A DNA stretch of 32,000 bases from Acaryochloris thomasi RCC1774 (GTDB taxonomy: Bacteria; Cyanobacteriota; Cyanobacteriia; Thermosynechococcales; Thermosynechococcaceae). A program made the translations under genes and the position numbers. Location of the stretch: assembly GCF_003231495.1 (NCBI RefSeq), contig NZ_PQWO01000009.1, forward strand, positions 30,001-62,000. Reading direction: 5' to 3'. The notes beneath the pieces are model-generated. The model did no database searches, had not been told where the DNA came from, and was given only the letters and a program-made list of their open reading frames with translations. Positions 1 through 8,828 of the stretch are shown one piece after another. Position 1 is the first letter of the stretch, and each line of letters begins with the position of its first letter.

Positions 1-327
1 ACCAGACGAGTGGTTGACCCTTGGATCTGACTTTTCCCTTGGAGAAATAGGGATTGAACCCCAAAGCTCATCTGTCCAAAATCCGCTCTCTACAGAGATA
101 ACTGGAACCACCATATTTTCAGTCTTTGATGGAATAACTAACAACATCCAGTAGGACCGGAGGTTGTTGATGTTCTTGCTAGCGCTTGCTTTACGAAACG
201 CGTCTTTCAATTGTTCGAATAAGTTACCCTCTCCCACAATATCTTCAGGGTTAAGCAATCTCTGAGCTGTTGACGATTTCCTCCGCAACCTGGCGCGAAT
301 TCCAGAGTCAGATCTCGATCTGCCCAT
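1..327 (-). CDS. hypothetical protein, N-terminal part only (runs off left window edge)
   Basis: A stop-free frame of 109 codons runs from the ATG (complement of 325-327) to position 1. It translates as MGRSRSDSGIRARLRRKSSTAQRLLNPEDIVGEGNLFEQLKDAFRKA... It is absent from the ORF track because it has no in-window stop. It is divergent from the gene at 418. No recognisable motif. Confidence 0.3.
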   Translation of the reverse strand, partial: MGRSRSDSGIRARLRRKSSTAQRLLNPEDIVGEGNLFEQLKDAFRKASASKNINNLRSYWMLLVIPSKTENMVVPVISVESGFWTDELWGSIPISPREKSDPRVNHSSG

Positions 328-417
328 CAGAGTTCCCAGAATTCACGAGGGCTAGAGCTTTGTCACTATCGAAGTCTTTCGATACAGTAGGAACCGACCC
401 AAACTAGGCTTTCTATC

Positions 418-1155
418 GTGCAAATCATAAAGCGCAACATCGGTCTAACTGTAGGTGAGAGTCTGATGCGCGTCTATGTCGCCGCACCAGAACCAGTAGG
501 CCAATACCCCGGAATTCTCTTCTATTCAGATATTTATCAACTCGGCAGACCCATTACTTTGCTGGCCGATCGCCTTGCTGGATATGGCTATGTCGTTGCA
601 GCTCCCGAAATTTTCCATCGTCTTGAACCCATTGGTACCGTAATTGAACCCAATGATTTGGGAAGACTCCGGGGCAATGATGATGCCCAGCGGACTGCGA
701 TAGTAGACTATGATGCCGATGCCCAGGCTGTCTTAGCATGGCTCAAGTCTGAAGATAGCGTGGCTGCTGAGAAGCTAGGCACATTCGGCTTCTGCATTGG
801 AGGGCATTTGGCCTTGAGGGCCGCGCTCCAGCCTGGGGTAAAGGCTTCTGCCTGTTTCTATCCCACTGGTGTTCACAATGGCAGGCTGGGGCAAGGAACG
901 GCCGATACCATTGACCGCCTCGATGAACTAGACGCAGAAGTCTTAACTGTTTTTGGCACGTTAGATCCCCACGTTCCGGCTGAAGGGCGGCAGCAGATTC
1001 TACAAGCGTTGGACAAGGTAGATGTTAGTCACGCGACATTACTGTTTGAAGCGAACCATACCTTCATGCGGGATGATGGCTATCGATATGATCCCGTCGC
1101 AACAGATGCAGCTTGGCGTGAAGCCGTTGAATTTTTGAAGCGAGCGTTGGCTTGA
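418..1155 (+). CDS. dienelactone hydrolase family protein (alpha/beta hydrolase)
   Basis: 245-aa ORF. It has the Cys-nucleophile elbow GFCIGGHLA typical of dienelactone hydrolases (G-x-C-x-G-G), a C-terminal His (ANHTF) and an overall DLH-like layout. The start is GTG at 418; an alternative ATG lies at 466 (MRVYVAAPE). Confidence 0.8.
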   Translation: MQIIKRNIGLTVGESLMRVYVAAPEPVGQYPGILFYSDIYQLGRPITLLADRLAGYGYVVAAPEIFHRLEPIGTVIEPNDLGRLRGNDDAQRTAIVDYDADAQAVLAWLKSEDSVAAEKLGTFGFCIGGHLALRAALQPGVKASACFYPTGVHNGRLGQGTADTIDRLDELDAEVLTVFGTLDPHVPAEGRQQILQALDKVDVSHATLLFEANHTFMRDDGYRYDPVATDAAWREAVEFLKRALA

Positions 1156-1324
1156 AGTCTTTTCTACCAGATGTTCTGACCGTCTGGGGTGCACATTGCT
1201 CATAGTTTTCTCAGCGACTTAGACCGATACCCTCAGCAAGTTCGTCGCCCACGCATAGAAACGGATAACTTGGTTCTCAGACAACCCTCGTAGATTGAAG
1301 TCATTGAGGTTGGAGAACTAAATA

Positions 1325-1633
1325 ATGAACAACAAAAGCCATCTGATCAACACCGCTCTTGTCGGACTAGCCGTAGTTACCCTTGGCCTATTGACAGGTC
1401 GTACAGTTACAGCGAAGACACTTGACCACGCCCTTGAAAATCAGTCAGAGACGCAACTGGTTGCCCTCAAATTTAAGAAATTCAAGAAGGGCCACCACGG
1501 CCACAAGAAGTTCCATCACAGCCCGAAACGTTTTAAGAAAGTCAAAAGGATCCACCATGGTCACGACAAGTTTCACGGCAAAAAGAAGTTCGTCGGCCAC
1601 CAGAAATTTCATCACAATCCCCATTTCCGCTAA
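1325..1633 (+). CDS. secreted His/Lys/Phe-rich small protein (histatin-like composition), function unknown
   Basis: 102 aa. GGAGA lies about 10 nt upstream of the ATG. The N-terminal signal peptide is MNNKSHLINTALVGLAVVTLGLLTGRTVTA. The C-terminal 54 residues contain 13 His, 16 Lys, 3 Arg, 8 Phe and 1 Asp, arranged as three degenerate repeats (KFKKGHHGHKKFHH / KRFKKVKRIHHGHDKFHG / KKKFVGHQKFHH). The repeats use different synonymous codons. Confidence 0.6.
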   Translation: MNNKSHLINTALVGLAVVTLGLLTGRTVTAKTLDHALENQSETQLVALKFKKFKKGHHGHKKFHHSPKRFKKVKRIHHGHDKFHGKKKFVGHQKFHHNPHFR

Positions 1634-1680
1634 CTCTCTCAAAAGTGTGAACAAGTCCGAGAGATTTCAAGGAGGCTTTC

Positions 1681-2454
1681 ATGCAGCACGTACAAGAGTT
1701 GACGATCGCGCCAGATAAGATACTCGAAAATACCCTGGCCGTTGCTCTGCCACTATTGGACCAGACTGAAGCGCAAGAGCTAATCTCGTCTTGCGGTGAG
1801 TTAGGCCCTGACCCAAGCTCAGATTACTTCACGGCCCGCACAAAAAATATTGCATACGTCCTGTGCATCGGTGGAGAATGGTACCAAATTCAAGCGCATT
1901 GCTTTACTCAGCCCCACCAATACAATGATTTTTCCGGGGGGTACAAGCGCTGCTATCGGGAGATGCCCAAACAATTTATCAACTGTGATGCGACGAAGAA
2001 AGTGCTCAATGCCTTCAAGTCGACCTACAGCATTCCTGACAATGAACCTGTCTTAGTACAGGTACAGGAAAGCCATGTGACTGCCCAAAATGAGGGCCAA
2101 TGCTTAACGGGGCAGGGCATTCACTCTGATGGTGCTGACCGAGCCATGCTGGTCTGTTTACAGCGCGACAACATTAAAGGGGCTGCAAACGCTATCTATG
2201 CTGACCTCGAAGGACAGCGCTTACTCATCAATCCTTTTATTTTGAACGAAGGTCACGCAATGCTGTGGCATGATAATCAGGTCTTTCATAGCGTCCAACC
2301 TGCCCAAATCGCTGATTTAGGGAGGGAAGGAAGCCGGACTGTCCTCATTGCTCATTATCCAGCAGTTCAGTATCTCAGGGGAACCGTCAACCCCAACAAC
2401 ACCTTGGGAAGTAATGCTGTAGAGGATGACAGACGATTGCGAGACAAATTGTAA
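1681..2454 (+). CDS. 2OG-Fe(II) dioxygenase family protein (PF10014 / BsmA-IDO-like)
   Basis: 257 aa. A strong SD (AAGGAGG, 1669-1675) lies 5 nt before the ATG. The facial triad is H148-x-D150 (GIHSDGADR) plus H203 (QVFHSVQP), followed by Arg219 (GSRTVLI). The layout matches the PF10014 family, which contains free L-amino-acid hydroxylases. Confidence 0.75.
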   Translation: MQHVQELTIAPDKILENTLAVALPLLDQTEAQELISSCGELGPDPSSDYFTARTKNIAYVLCIGGEWYQIQAHCFTQPHQYNDFSGGYKRCYREMPKQFINCDATKKVLNAFKSTYSIPDNEPVLVQVQESHVTAQNEGQCLTGQGIHSDGADRAMLVCLQRDNIKGAANAIYADLEGQRLLINPFILNEGHAMLWHDNQVFHSVQPAQIADLGREGSRTVLIAHYPAVQYLRGTVNPNNTLGSNAVEDDRRLRDKL

Positions 2455-2827
2455 AGTCTGTCATGCTGAGTCACTCACATAAACTACCCCGCATCAAGGA
2501 GAACAGGGTTTCTATTCATGATAGACTCTACCGCCGAGATGGATCTGTAAAACAAGACAAGCAGAATATTGGCGTCCTCTTAAGCGATGACCAAAAGGCG
2601 TGACTAGAAGCTAGGGGCGGCAAGGCCCTCACCCTACTACCTCAAGGGCCGGTGCCAGCGGCAAAATCATATCGCAAGATCTTAATGGATTCGGCAGAAA
2701 TATATAAGACTAAATTTCGCATTTTCTATATGCTGCGATTACTTCGGCTCTGCTAAATAAACTCCCAACACGTAGTTTCATTTCGCAGTGCCTTTAGAAG
2801 GCTATCGCATTAGATAGATAATACTCA

Positions 2828-5104
2828 ATGAATCATCTACCCTCGTTTTTCTGTCTTGGCATACCTCTGATCACAAGTTTTGCTTTAACGCTACCCGTCA
2901 GTGCTCAAACAAGTTCTCCGTCGTTAAAATTAGACAAAATTATCCCAGGCTCATCAGCCTGTCCGGTCGTTGAAGATGCTAACCCATACGATGTGATTGT
3001 GTTTGGGGATGAAGTCCCTGGGGTGATGACCGCACTGAAGGTAAAGCGAGAACTTAGATCGCGGGGACAGCAAAGTCGGGTTGCCCTGATCACAGAAGGT
3101 GACATTAACAACGGCATTGGGGGGCATTTAGTTCGAGGAGGGTTGGCCTATCTTGATCGCAATCAAGTCCCCAAGGAAAAGCGTTCTAAATATGGTGTTT
3201 TTGGTCAGCCCAACCGCCTGTATCAAGAATTCCTGAGTCTCGGACGTGTCAAAACCATTGCCCTCGATCGCTTCACCGTCGCTCAGGGTTTTGAGCGGAC
3301 CTTGAATGGGCAAAACATTGATGTGATTGGCAATGTAGAACTACAGGCTGCTAAGAGTGCGGGCAATCTAGTTTGTAGTTTGACGGCGAGTGGAAAAACC
3401 TACACCGCGACGCAGTTTGTCGATGCGAGCCAGAGTGGAGAGTTAGCTGAAGCTAGTGGTGTCGAAATGATGCAGGGCCTTGAAGCTCTGGGGTTTCCCG
3501 ATAGCACCCTGAGCATCGGCCTTGTTTTTGAACTCTACGGAGTCAATATTGAACAGTTAAAGGCGACGGAAGCAAAGCTCATTGAGCGGTTTACTGATCC
3601 CAACGATGCTGAAGCGCAGAAGTGGTTGGCGATTGCCTGCGGTCCGAACGAAGCGAAAGGGCATGATCTAGTTCAATCTCTGATCGAAAAAGGCAGTGAC
3701 CCGAAATTGCTTTATACCGGGACAGAAGATTCTGCCGATGTCCGATCCCTGGCCTTTAGTATTGCGATGCATGGCCGATTGGGGCGTGAATATGATCTCA
3801 AATCTTCAGGTTTCTTATTTGATCGGGCCAACATTGCTGTTTTACCCGATCGACTCAGCTTTAATGCTCTGCTGTTTTACGCCAATGCTGAGCAAGCTCG
3901 GCACCTGAGTACCTCAGGTGCAAAGCCCACGGTAGAGATGCTGGAGGTTGCGACCCAAATAAAAGCCCTGTTTGAGCGCCTCGGTATGACCCATGTTGAG
4001 GTGATGGATGAACTGTATGTCCGCAATGCAGGGCAGATTGCCAATCCCCTGGATGAGCTGTCAGCGACCCTAATGACTGCTGGGGGGGTTCCCGCCTCTG
4101 AAGCGCTAGGCACCTTTGGCTATCACTTAGATGATCGCGGGGGCATTGACGGATTGGATGAACAGGTGCAGCAATCCTCTCTACGATCTTTAAACTTTCG
4201 TCAGCTTCCGGTTTTTAACTATGGGTTTCGCCATACTCTGCCCACAGAACGCCAGAATCTTGCGGTCTTAGGGCCGGCATCTGGTTTTGGCGGACTTGGA
4301 ACCACAGCGGGCCGGATTGTTGAACTTAATGTGGGTGTTGGGGAAGGACTTGCGATCGCAATTTCAAAAGCGATCTCAGAGAAGCGTTCTCTCCATACCA
4401 TCCAAAACATTGAAGTTCGTGAAGCCATGGGCTATGTCCCAGCAATATATGGGGAGCAAACAGGTAGTTTTCAAGCTGTGTTCTCATTAGAACGCAAGTT
4501 TAGGGCGATTGATTATAAAAAAGACTACCTCAACCAGGCCCAAACCTTTATGAAGAAAGGGAACCATACAGAAGCAACACGAGTTCTCTCAAGAGCCATC
4601 ACTCTAGATCCTAGAGATGCCGATGCTTACTATCTTCGCGGTAACGCGCTCAAGAACCTCTCGCTTTATGATCTGGCGCGGGCCGATTACACAGATGCAT
4701 TGCGACTCAATCCAGCCCTAACAGAAGCCTCTGTTAAACGAGGATATCTCAACTTTTTTGCGTCTAACTATAACCAGGCGATTAAAGATTTTGATCAAGT
4801 CCTGCAGCGCGATGCCGGTCGGCAAGATGTCCAGTTTGGGAAAGCTCTGGCAACGTCATTCCGCCAGAGTATGCTGACCGGTGATACTTGGTACACCGAA
4901 GCCCTCCCTATGCTCAATAAAACGATTAAGAAACAGCCTGATTTGGCCGTTGCCTACGTAATCCGAGGCGTCGCTCAAGATAAGCTTGGTAATAGTGAGC
5001 GATCTCTCGGTGATCTTGAGACTGCCATAGCTCTGTACAAGACTCAGGGAGATCAATCCTCAGTAGACAGTACGGAAGGTATGATTAAAGCCTTGCAAGA
5101 TTAA
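2828..5104 (+). CDS. exported FAD-dependent-oxidoreductase-like protein with C-terminal TPR repeats
   Basis: 758 aa. Sec-type signal peptide (MNHLPSFFCLGIPLITSFALTLPVSAQ). A Rossmann-like beta-alpha-beta start, YDVIVFGDEVPGVMTALK (aa 54-71), has a degenerate dinucleotide motif (G-D-E-V-P-G instead of G-x-G-x-x-G). The C-terminal ~200 aa read as several TPR units (AYYLRGNALKNLSLYDLARADYTDALRLNP..., AYVIRGVAQDKLGNSERSLGDLETAI). Confidence 0.65.
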   Translation: MNHLPSFFCLGIPLITSFALTLPVSAQTSSPSLKLDKIIPGSSACPVVEDANPYDVIVFGDEVPGVMTALKVKRELRSRGQQSRVALITEGDINNGIGGHLVRGGLAYLDRNQVPKEKRSKYGVFGQPNRLYQEFLSLGRVKTIALDRFTVAQGFERTLNGQNIDVIGNVELQAAKSAGNLVCSLTASGKTYTATQFVDASQSGELAEASGVEMMQGLEALGFPDSTLSIGLVFELYGVNIEQLKATEAKLIERFTDPNDAEAQKWLAIACGPNEAKGHDLVQSLIEKGSDPKLLYTGTEDSADVRSLAFSIAMHGRLGREYDLKSSGFLFDRANIAVLPDRLSFNALLFYANAEQARHLSTSGAKPTVEMLEVATQIKALFERLGMTHVEVMDELYVRNAGQIANPLDELSATLMTAGGVPASEALGTFGYHLDDRGGIDGLDEQVQQSSLRSLNFRQLPVFNYGFRHTLPTERQNLAVLGPASGFGGLGTTAGRIVELNVGVGEGLAIAISKAISEKRSLHTIQNIEVREAMGYVPAIYGEQTGSFQAVFSLERKFRAIDYKKDYLNQAQTFMKKGNHTEATRVLSRAITLDPRDADAYYLRGNALKNLSLYDLARADYTDALRLNPALTEASVKRGYLNFFASNYNQAIKDFDQVLQRDAGRQDVQFGKALATSFRQSMLTGDTWYTEALPMLNKTIKKQPDLAVAYVIRGVAQDKLGNSERSLGDLETAIALYKTQGDQSSVDSTEGMIKALQD

Positions 5105-5162
5105 TCCATTAAACGGTCTCCTTTTCTGTTTCCCCGCAGTCTTAGACAAGGGGCTATATTTT

Positions 5163-5732
5163 CTAGAAACCGCTGTCTCCTCCCTCATAAAATTGGAGTC
5201 GTCCAAAGCCCAGGAACTGTCCGTGCGCTTTCTCTCCATCTGGAAATGCTGTTACCCCAAAGAGGTATGTCCCTCCGGTATCAGGGTTGCGTTTGGCTCT
5301 TAAGCGAATCGTAAACTCAGTGCCCGGTGGAATCGGTTGCTCAAACGTAACTGTAACCTTACCTTGCCGATCTGCCTCAACATTTTTAAGTGGCAAAAGC
5401 TGTTTGCGATTTTTCCCAATGAAGGCAATGGTATCTTTCAAGTTGAAAGAGATCGAGTCAAATCCTTCCCTTTGGGCAAACGTTACCTGCCTAAGCGATT
5501 CTTGAGCTGAATCTGGTAGAGAGAGTTGAAAATCATATCTCGGTCGAGGGATTCGAACAGACTTAAAATCAACGGTTGCACCGAGCAGCCTGGGGACTTG
5601 GACAAAATGGACTGTTCCATTGGCTAGCTGTACTGCTTGAGCAGAGATAGATAGGGGGCCACCGATGTATAGTGCTGCCACCAGAAGAGACGGAAACAGC
5701 AACCTATCCTTACCGTATTTGGGATTTTTCAT
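5163..5732 (-). CDS. DUF2808-like cyanobacterial secreted protein
   Basis: 189 aa with an N-terminal signal/anchor (LLFPSLLVAALYIGGPLSISAQA). The pattern YDFQLSLPDSAQESLRQVTF...VTVTFEQPIPPGTEFTIRLRAKRNPDTGGTYLFGVTAFPDGEKAHGQFLGFGRLQFY matches my recollection of the DUF2808 family. Confidence 0.6.
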   Translation of the reverse strand: MKNPKYGKDRLLFPSLLVAALYIGGPLSISAQAVQLANGTVHFVQVPRLLGATVDFKSVRIPRPRYDFQLSLPDSAQESLRQVTFAQREGFDSISFNLKDTIAFIGKNRKQLLPLKNVEADRQGKVTVTFEQPIPPGTEFTIRLRAKRNPDTGGTYLFGVTAFPDGEKAHGQFLGFGRLQFYEGGDSGF

Positions 5733-5950
5733 TTTCTCTTTTCAAATAGAAATCTATTAACGTATCTGTTGCTAAACCAAAGGTTACGCAACTGTTCTGA
5801 GCTTCCGATGAAAAGTACCTGAGGGAATCAAATTCATGGAAGAACGGCCACAAGTAATGAAGTGATTGGCGAGTGCCTGCGCGTTATCTACGAACGGAAC
5901 ACAAGTGCCGCAATGTGGTCCCTGTGTCGTTTGCTAGAGTCATAGAGCCT

Positions 5951-7087
5951 TTACTTGCTCAGAACGTGCTGTTGATTACTTTCTTCAGGCGTCAGATCGG
6001 CAAGGGTTAGGTCACGACGCAGTTCTCTGCCGTTGGGACCGACCAGCAATCTAGGAATCTGTTCTGTTTTTACGATCTCCAAAGAACCCATGTCGTATGT
6101 TGTATAAGATGTTGTCTGGGTATCCAATGTAATATCAACGACGGTCAAAGTTTGAATGGGTGCTGTATTTGACCCTAGCCATGACCGTGGTCCACTCCCC
6201 AGCGCCCCTGTGTGAAGCATCTCTAGCTCTCCAGCACGACCTGGAAAATATACATGGTGGTGTCCACAGATGTACGTATGTACATTGTGTCTTTCTAAAA
6301 GTAACCGGAGTTCATCGGCACGGTTTAAGATCTCCCCAGCGCGATCGCGTCCCTGAGCCACGGCATAAAAAGGCAGGTGCCCAATCACGATCCGCATCTT
6401 GGCCTGCTGAGCTACATCACTGGCCAGACTTCGTTCTGCCCAGACTCGTTCTTCATCAGAGATATTTGCTGAAGATGCATCCCAGACTAGGTAGAAAATC
6501 TCGTTCTGCTGAAAGCTGTAGTAAAACGGAAAGTCGGCTCGATCAACATACTGAAGTCCTGGTTCCTGGTGGCTCCAATAGCTGTTCGCAACTTCCCGGT
6601 CGAGGGCATAAACATATTTGCCGTTAGGGTTACGGTAGCTAGAAGCATCATGATTGCCCAACGTCAAAGCAAAGGGAAGCCCTGTTTTGCGAATCGGCTG
6701 CAAAATCTTTTGACCAAAAGCATCCCACATGGACTGGACTTGCTGCTGTGAGAGCTTGAGGCTTTGTCCAGCCACCATATCTCCGGCGCAAATGACGAGA
6801 TCGGGTTGCCAATCCGGCAGCATTTTTACTGCTGCTTCTACTTCAGCGCGGTAGGTGGTTGACCCATACTGGCTATTCATATCGCTGATTACAATCAGAC
6901 GAACATCACCCCGCTGAGGAGCAAACACCCCCTGAGGCGCCGGACTTGGCGATGTCTGTGGAGCGGAGGAAAGATTGTGATTGGCCTGGGACGCACTTTT
7001 GCGGTCTAGGCCACGGACCGCGGCACTAGTGGCTAATCCTATCGTTGTGCCCCCGAGCAGCAAAAACTTTCGACGATTAAGCGGCAT
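5951..7087 (-). CDS. Tat-exported metallophosphoesterase (calcineurin-like)
   Basis: Twin-arginine signal MPLNRRKFLLLGGTTIGLATSAA. Metallophosphoesterase motifs are VISDMNSQYG, CAGDMV, GNHD, IGHLP and CGHHHVY. The ORF track starts at GTG 7102; I prefer the ATG at 7087, which places RR near the N-terminus. Confidence 0.8.
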   Translation of the reverse strand: MPLNRRKFLLLGGTTIGLATSAAVRGLDRKSASQANHNLSSAPQTSPSPAPQGVFAPQRGDVRLIVISDMNSQYGSTTYRAEVEAAVKMLPDWQPDLVICAGDMVAGQSLKLSQQQVQSMWDAFGQKILQPIRKTGLPFALTLGNHDASSYRNPNGKYVYALDREVANSYWSHQEPGLQYVDRADFPFYYSFQQNEIFYLVWDASSANISDEERVWAERSLASDVAQQAKMRIVIGHLPFYAVAQGRDRAGEILNRADELRLLLERHNVHTYICGHHHVYFPGRAGELEMLHTGALGSGPRSWLGSNTAPIQTLTVVDITLDTQTTSYTTYDMGSLEIVKTEQIPRLLVGPNGRELRRDLTLADLTPEESNQQHVLSK

Positions 7088-7172
7088 GGCTTTCTGTCCC
7101 ACAGGTTATATCTACGTTTTTTATACCAAAATTCTTTTACGAGAAGCTGTCGGTGTGTTTGTTGCTCTTAGG

Positions 7173-8828
7173 CTACACGTTGACCAGCCCCACAGCTATC
7201 TCTAGAGCCTCAGTTCGGCTTTGCAACCGACGATTTTCTGGAATCAAACTCAGCACCTCTAGGCGATTTAGGCGACTGCGACTCTGCTCTTTTGCGCCTA
7301 CTAAAAAGATCGTGCGATTCTTCTCTGCTGCCTCTTGCAGCGCATTCTCCAATGCCAAAGAAGAGGTGACGCCCAAGTGAGGCACGTTTGTTAAATCTAA
7401 AATCAGCACGTCGCAGTTTTCTAGGGCCTGATGCTCGCGCGAGATAGCTTTCGCGACCCCGAAAATCATAGGACCGCTGAGCTGAAAGATTAAAACCCGT
7501 CCCTTTGCCTGATCGAGTAGCCGTCTTTCCTGATCGCTCAGGTCAATCTCGTCATCGGCATCGGTGATGGTTTTTACCCCCTTAGAGCGCAGCTTGCTGA
7601 GTCGATCAATCGTCAACGTATCTGCGACAAAGACCCCGACGCCGACGGCTACAATCAAATCCACAAAGACGGTTAGAAAGATAACACTGTAGGTGATTAG
7701 GGCTCCTTTACTGGAGATCTTATGGGCACGCTTCAAGAAGCCCCAGTCAACAATATCTAGCCCTACTTTGAAGACGATACCCGCTAAAACTGCCAAGGGA
7801 ATAGACTGCATGAGGTTCCCTGCACCGAGCACGACGATCACCAGAATCAGCGCTCGGATGAGACCTGACAGTATCGTTTTGCCGCCTGCTTGAATATTAA
7901 CGACGGTTCCCATTGTTGCTCCTGCACCAGGAATGCCGCCGAACAGTCCTGCGGCCAAATTCCCGATACCTTGGCCGATCAGTTCTTTGTCTGAGTCGTG
8001 CTCTGTTCGTGTCAAGCTGTCAGCCACTACAGAGGTCAGCAGAGCATCAATGGAACCCAGCATGGCGAGCACAGCTGCATTGGTGAGCATCATCTGGAGC
8101 TGACTGGTTCTAAAGGTGGGTGTATGCAGATAGGGCAGACGGGTACTAAATTCCCCTAAATCTTGAATTTGGCGCAGCTCTAGATTCGGAAAGAAGAGTA
8201 GCGGGACGCAAGTGCCCAGCAATAATGCCACCAACTGTGCGGGGACCCAGCGTGAGATAGCATTAGGCGTAAAGAAAATAATAGCGACCGTGAGGCCGGC
8301 CAGCAGCGTCTCAATCGGGTTGATGTTACTTAAGATCTGGGGGAGTTGCTCTAGCGTTCCAATGACGCCACCGGGAGGGGCTGGCTGCCCGAGAAAAGGG
8401 GCCAACTGTAGAATAAGCAAGATGATGCCGATCCCTGACATAAAGCCTGAGATCACGGTGTAGGGCATCAACGTTACGTAGCGACCTAGCTTTAAGAGGC
8501 CGAACCCAATTTGCAGGAGGCCTGCCATCATGACGGTTGTGAAGGCCAGCTCTAGACCATTTTCGGGATTGGCGGCTACTAGATTTGCGATCGCAGCTGT
8601 CATCACCACCGTCATTGGCCCCGTTGGCTCTGAGATCAGAGCGGGAGTGCCTCCGAATAGTGACGCAAACAGGCCAATCAAAACGGCTCCGTAGAGACCC
8701 GCAGTTGCTCCAGCCCCTGTGGCAACTCCAAACGCAAGGGCCATCGGCAGCGCAATGACGGCTGCCGTCAAACCACCGAATAAATCACCTCGCCAGTTCC
8801 TGAAGTGAATTCGATTTACAAGCTGCAT
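7173..8828 (-). CDS. bicA: SulP-family anion transporter with C-terminal STAS domain, BicA-type bicarbonate transporter
   Basis: 551 aa. The N-terminus MQLVNRIHFRNWRGDLFGGLTAAVIALPMALAFGVATGAG...ISEPTGPMTVVMTA and later blocks (VADSLTRTEHDSDKELIGQGIGN, GATMGTVVNIQAGG, the STAS block VLIFQLSGPMIFGVAKAI) closely follow the Synechococcus PCC 7002 BicA sequence as I recall it. SulP/STAS membership is certain. Bicarbonate specificity is inferred. Confidence 0.8.
   Translation of the reverse strand: MQLVNRIHFRNWRGDLFGGLTAAVIALPMALAFGVATGAGATAGLYGAVLIGLFASLFGGTPALISEPTGPMTVVMTAAIANLVAANPENGLELAFTTVMMAGLLQIGFGLLKLGRYVTLMPYTVISGFMSGIGIILLILQLAPFLGQPAPPGGVIGTLEQLPQILSNINPIETLLAGLTVAIIFFTPNAISRWVPAQLVALLLGTCVPLLFFPNLELRQIQDLGEFSTRLPYLHTPTFRTSQLQMMLTNAAVLAMLGSIDALLTSVVADSLTRTEHDSDKELIGQGIGNLAAGLFGGIPGAGATMGTVVNIQAGGKTILSGLIRALILVIVVLGAGNLMQSIPLAVLAGIVFKVGLDIVDWGFLKRAHKISSKGALITYSVIFLTVFVDLIVAVGVGVFVADTLTIDRLSKLRSKGVKTITDADDEIDLSDQERRLLDQAKGRVLIFQLSGPMIFGVAKAISREHQALENCDVLILDLTNVPHLGVTSSLALENALQEAAEKNRTIFLVGAKEQSRSRLNRLEVLSLIPENRRLQSRTEALEIAVGLVNV

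Noticed and set aside
40-115. tRNA-like T-arm on the minus strand (GGGGTTCAATCCCT, complement of 49-62)
   Set aside because: The T-stem gives only 3 pairs, no complementary acceptor strand exists about 70 nt upstream, and no D or anticodon arms can be drawn. It lies inside an open reading frame and is probably a chance match.
1-327. Possible IS256/Mutator-type transposase N-terminus (…GEGNLFEQLKDAFRKA… vaguely resembles …GLLKQLTKALIERAL…)
   Set aside because: The similarity is confined to a few residues, the downstream sequence does not follow the transposase pattern, and no terminal inverted repeat is visible. I kept it as a low-confidence hypothetical CDS only.
1422-1718. Alternative-frame ORFs overlapping the His-rich gene (1422-1718 + and 1445-1654 -)
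   Set aside because: These are by-products of the low-complexity AAG/CAC-rich sequence. They have no signal peptide, SD or repeat logic. The 1422 ORF also runs across the dioxygenase SD and start.
2455-2827. 373-bp intergenic region with a GC-rich, potentially structured core (about 2590-2665), considered as a riboswitch or sRNA
   Set aside because: Only short stems could be drawn (for example GCCCT...AGGGC). It matches no riboswitch consensus I know (glutamine, THI, cobalamin, yybP). I cannot support an RNA call without covariation data.
6160-6627. 155-aa + strand ORF inside the metallophosphoesterase gene
   Set aside because: It is an antisense shadow ORF of a well-supported gene, with Arg/Ser/His-rich nonsense composition.
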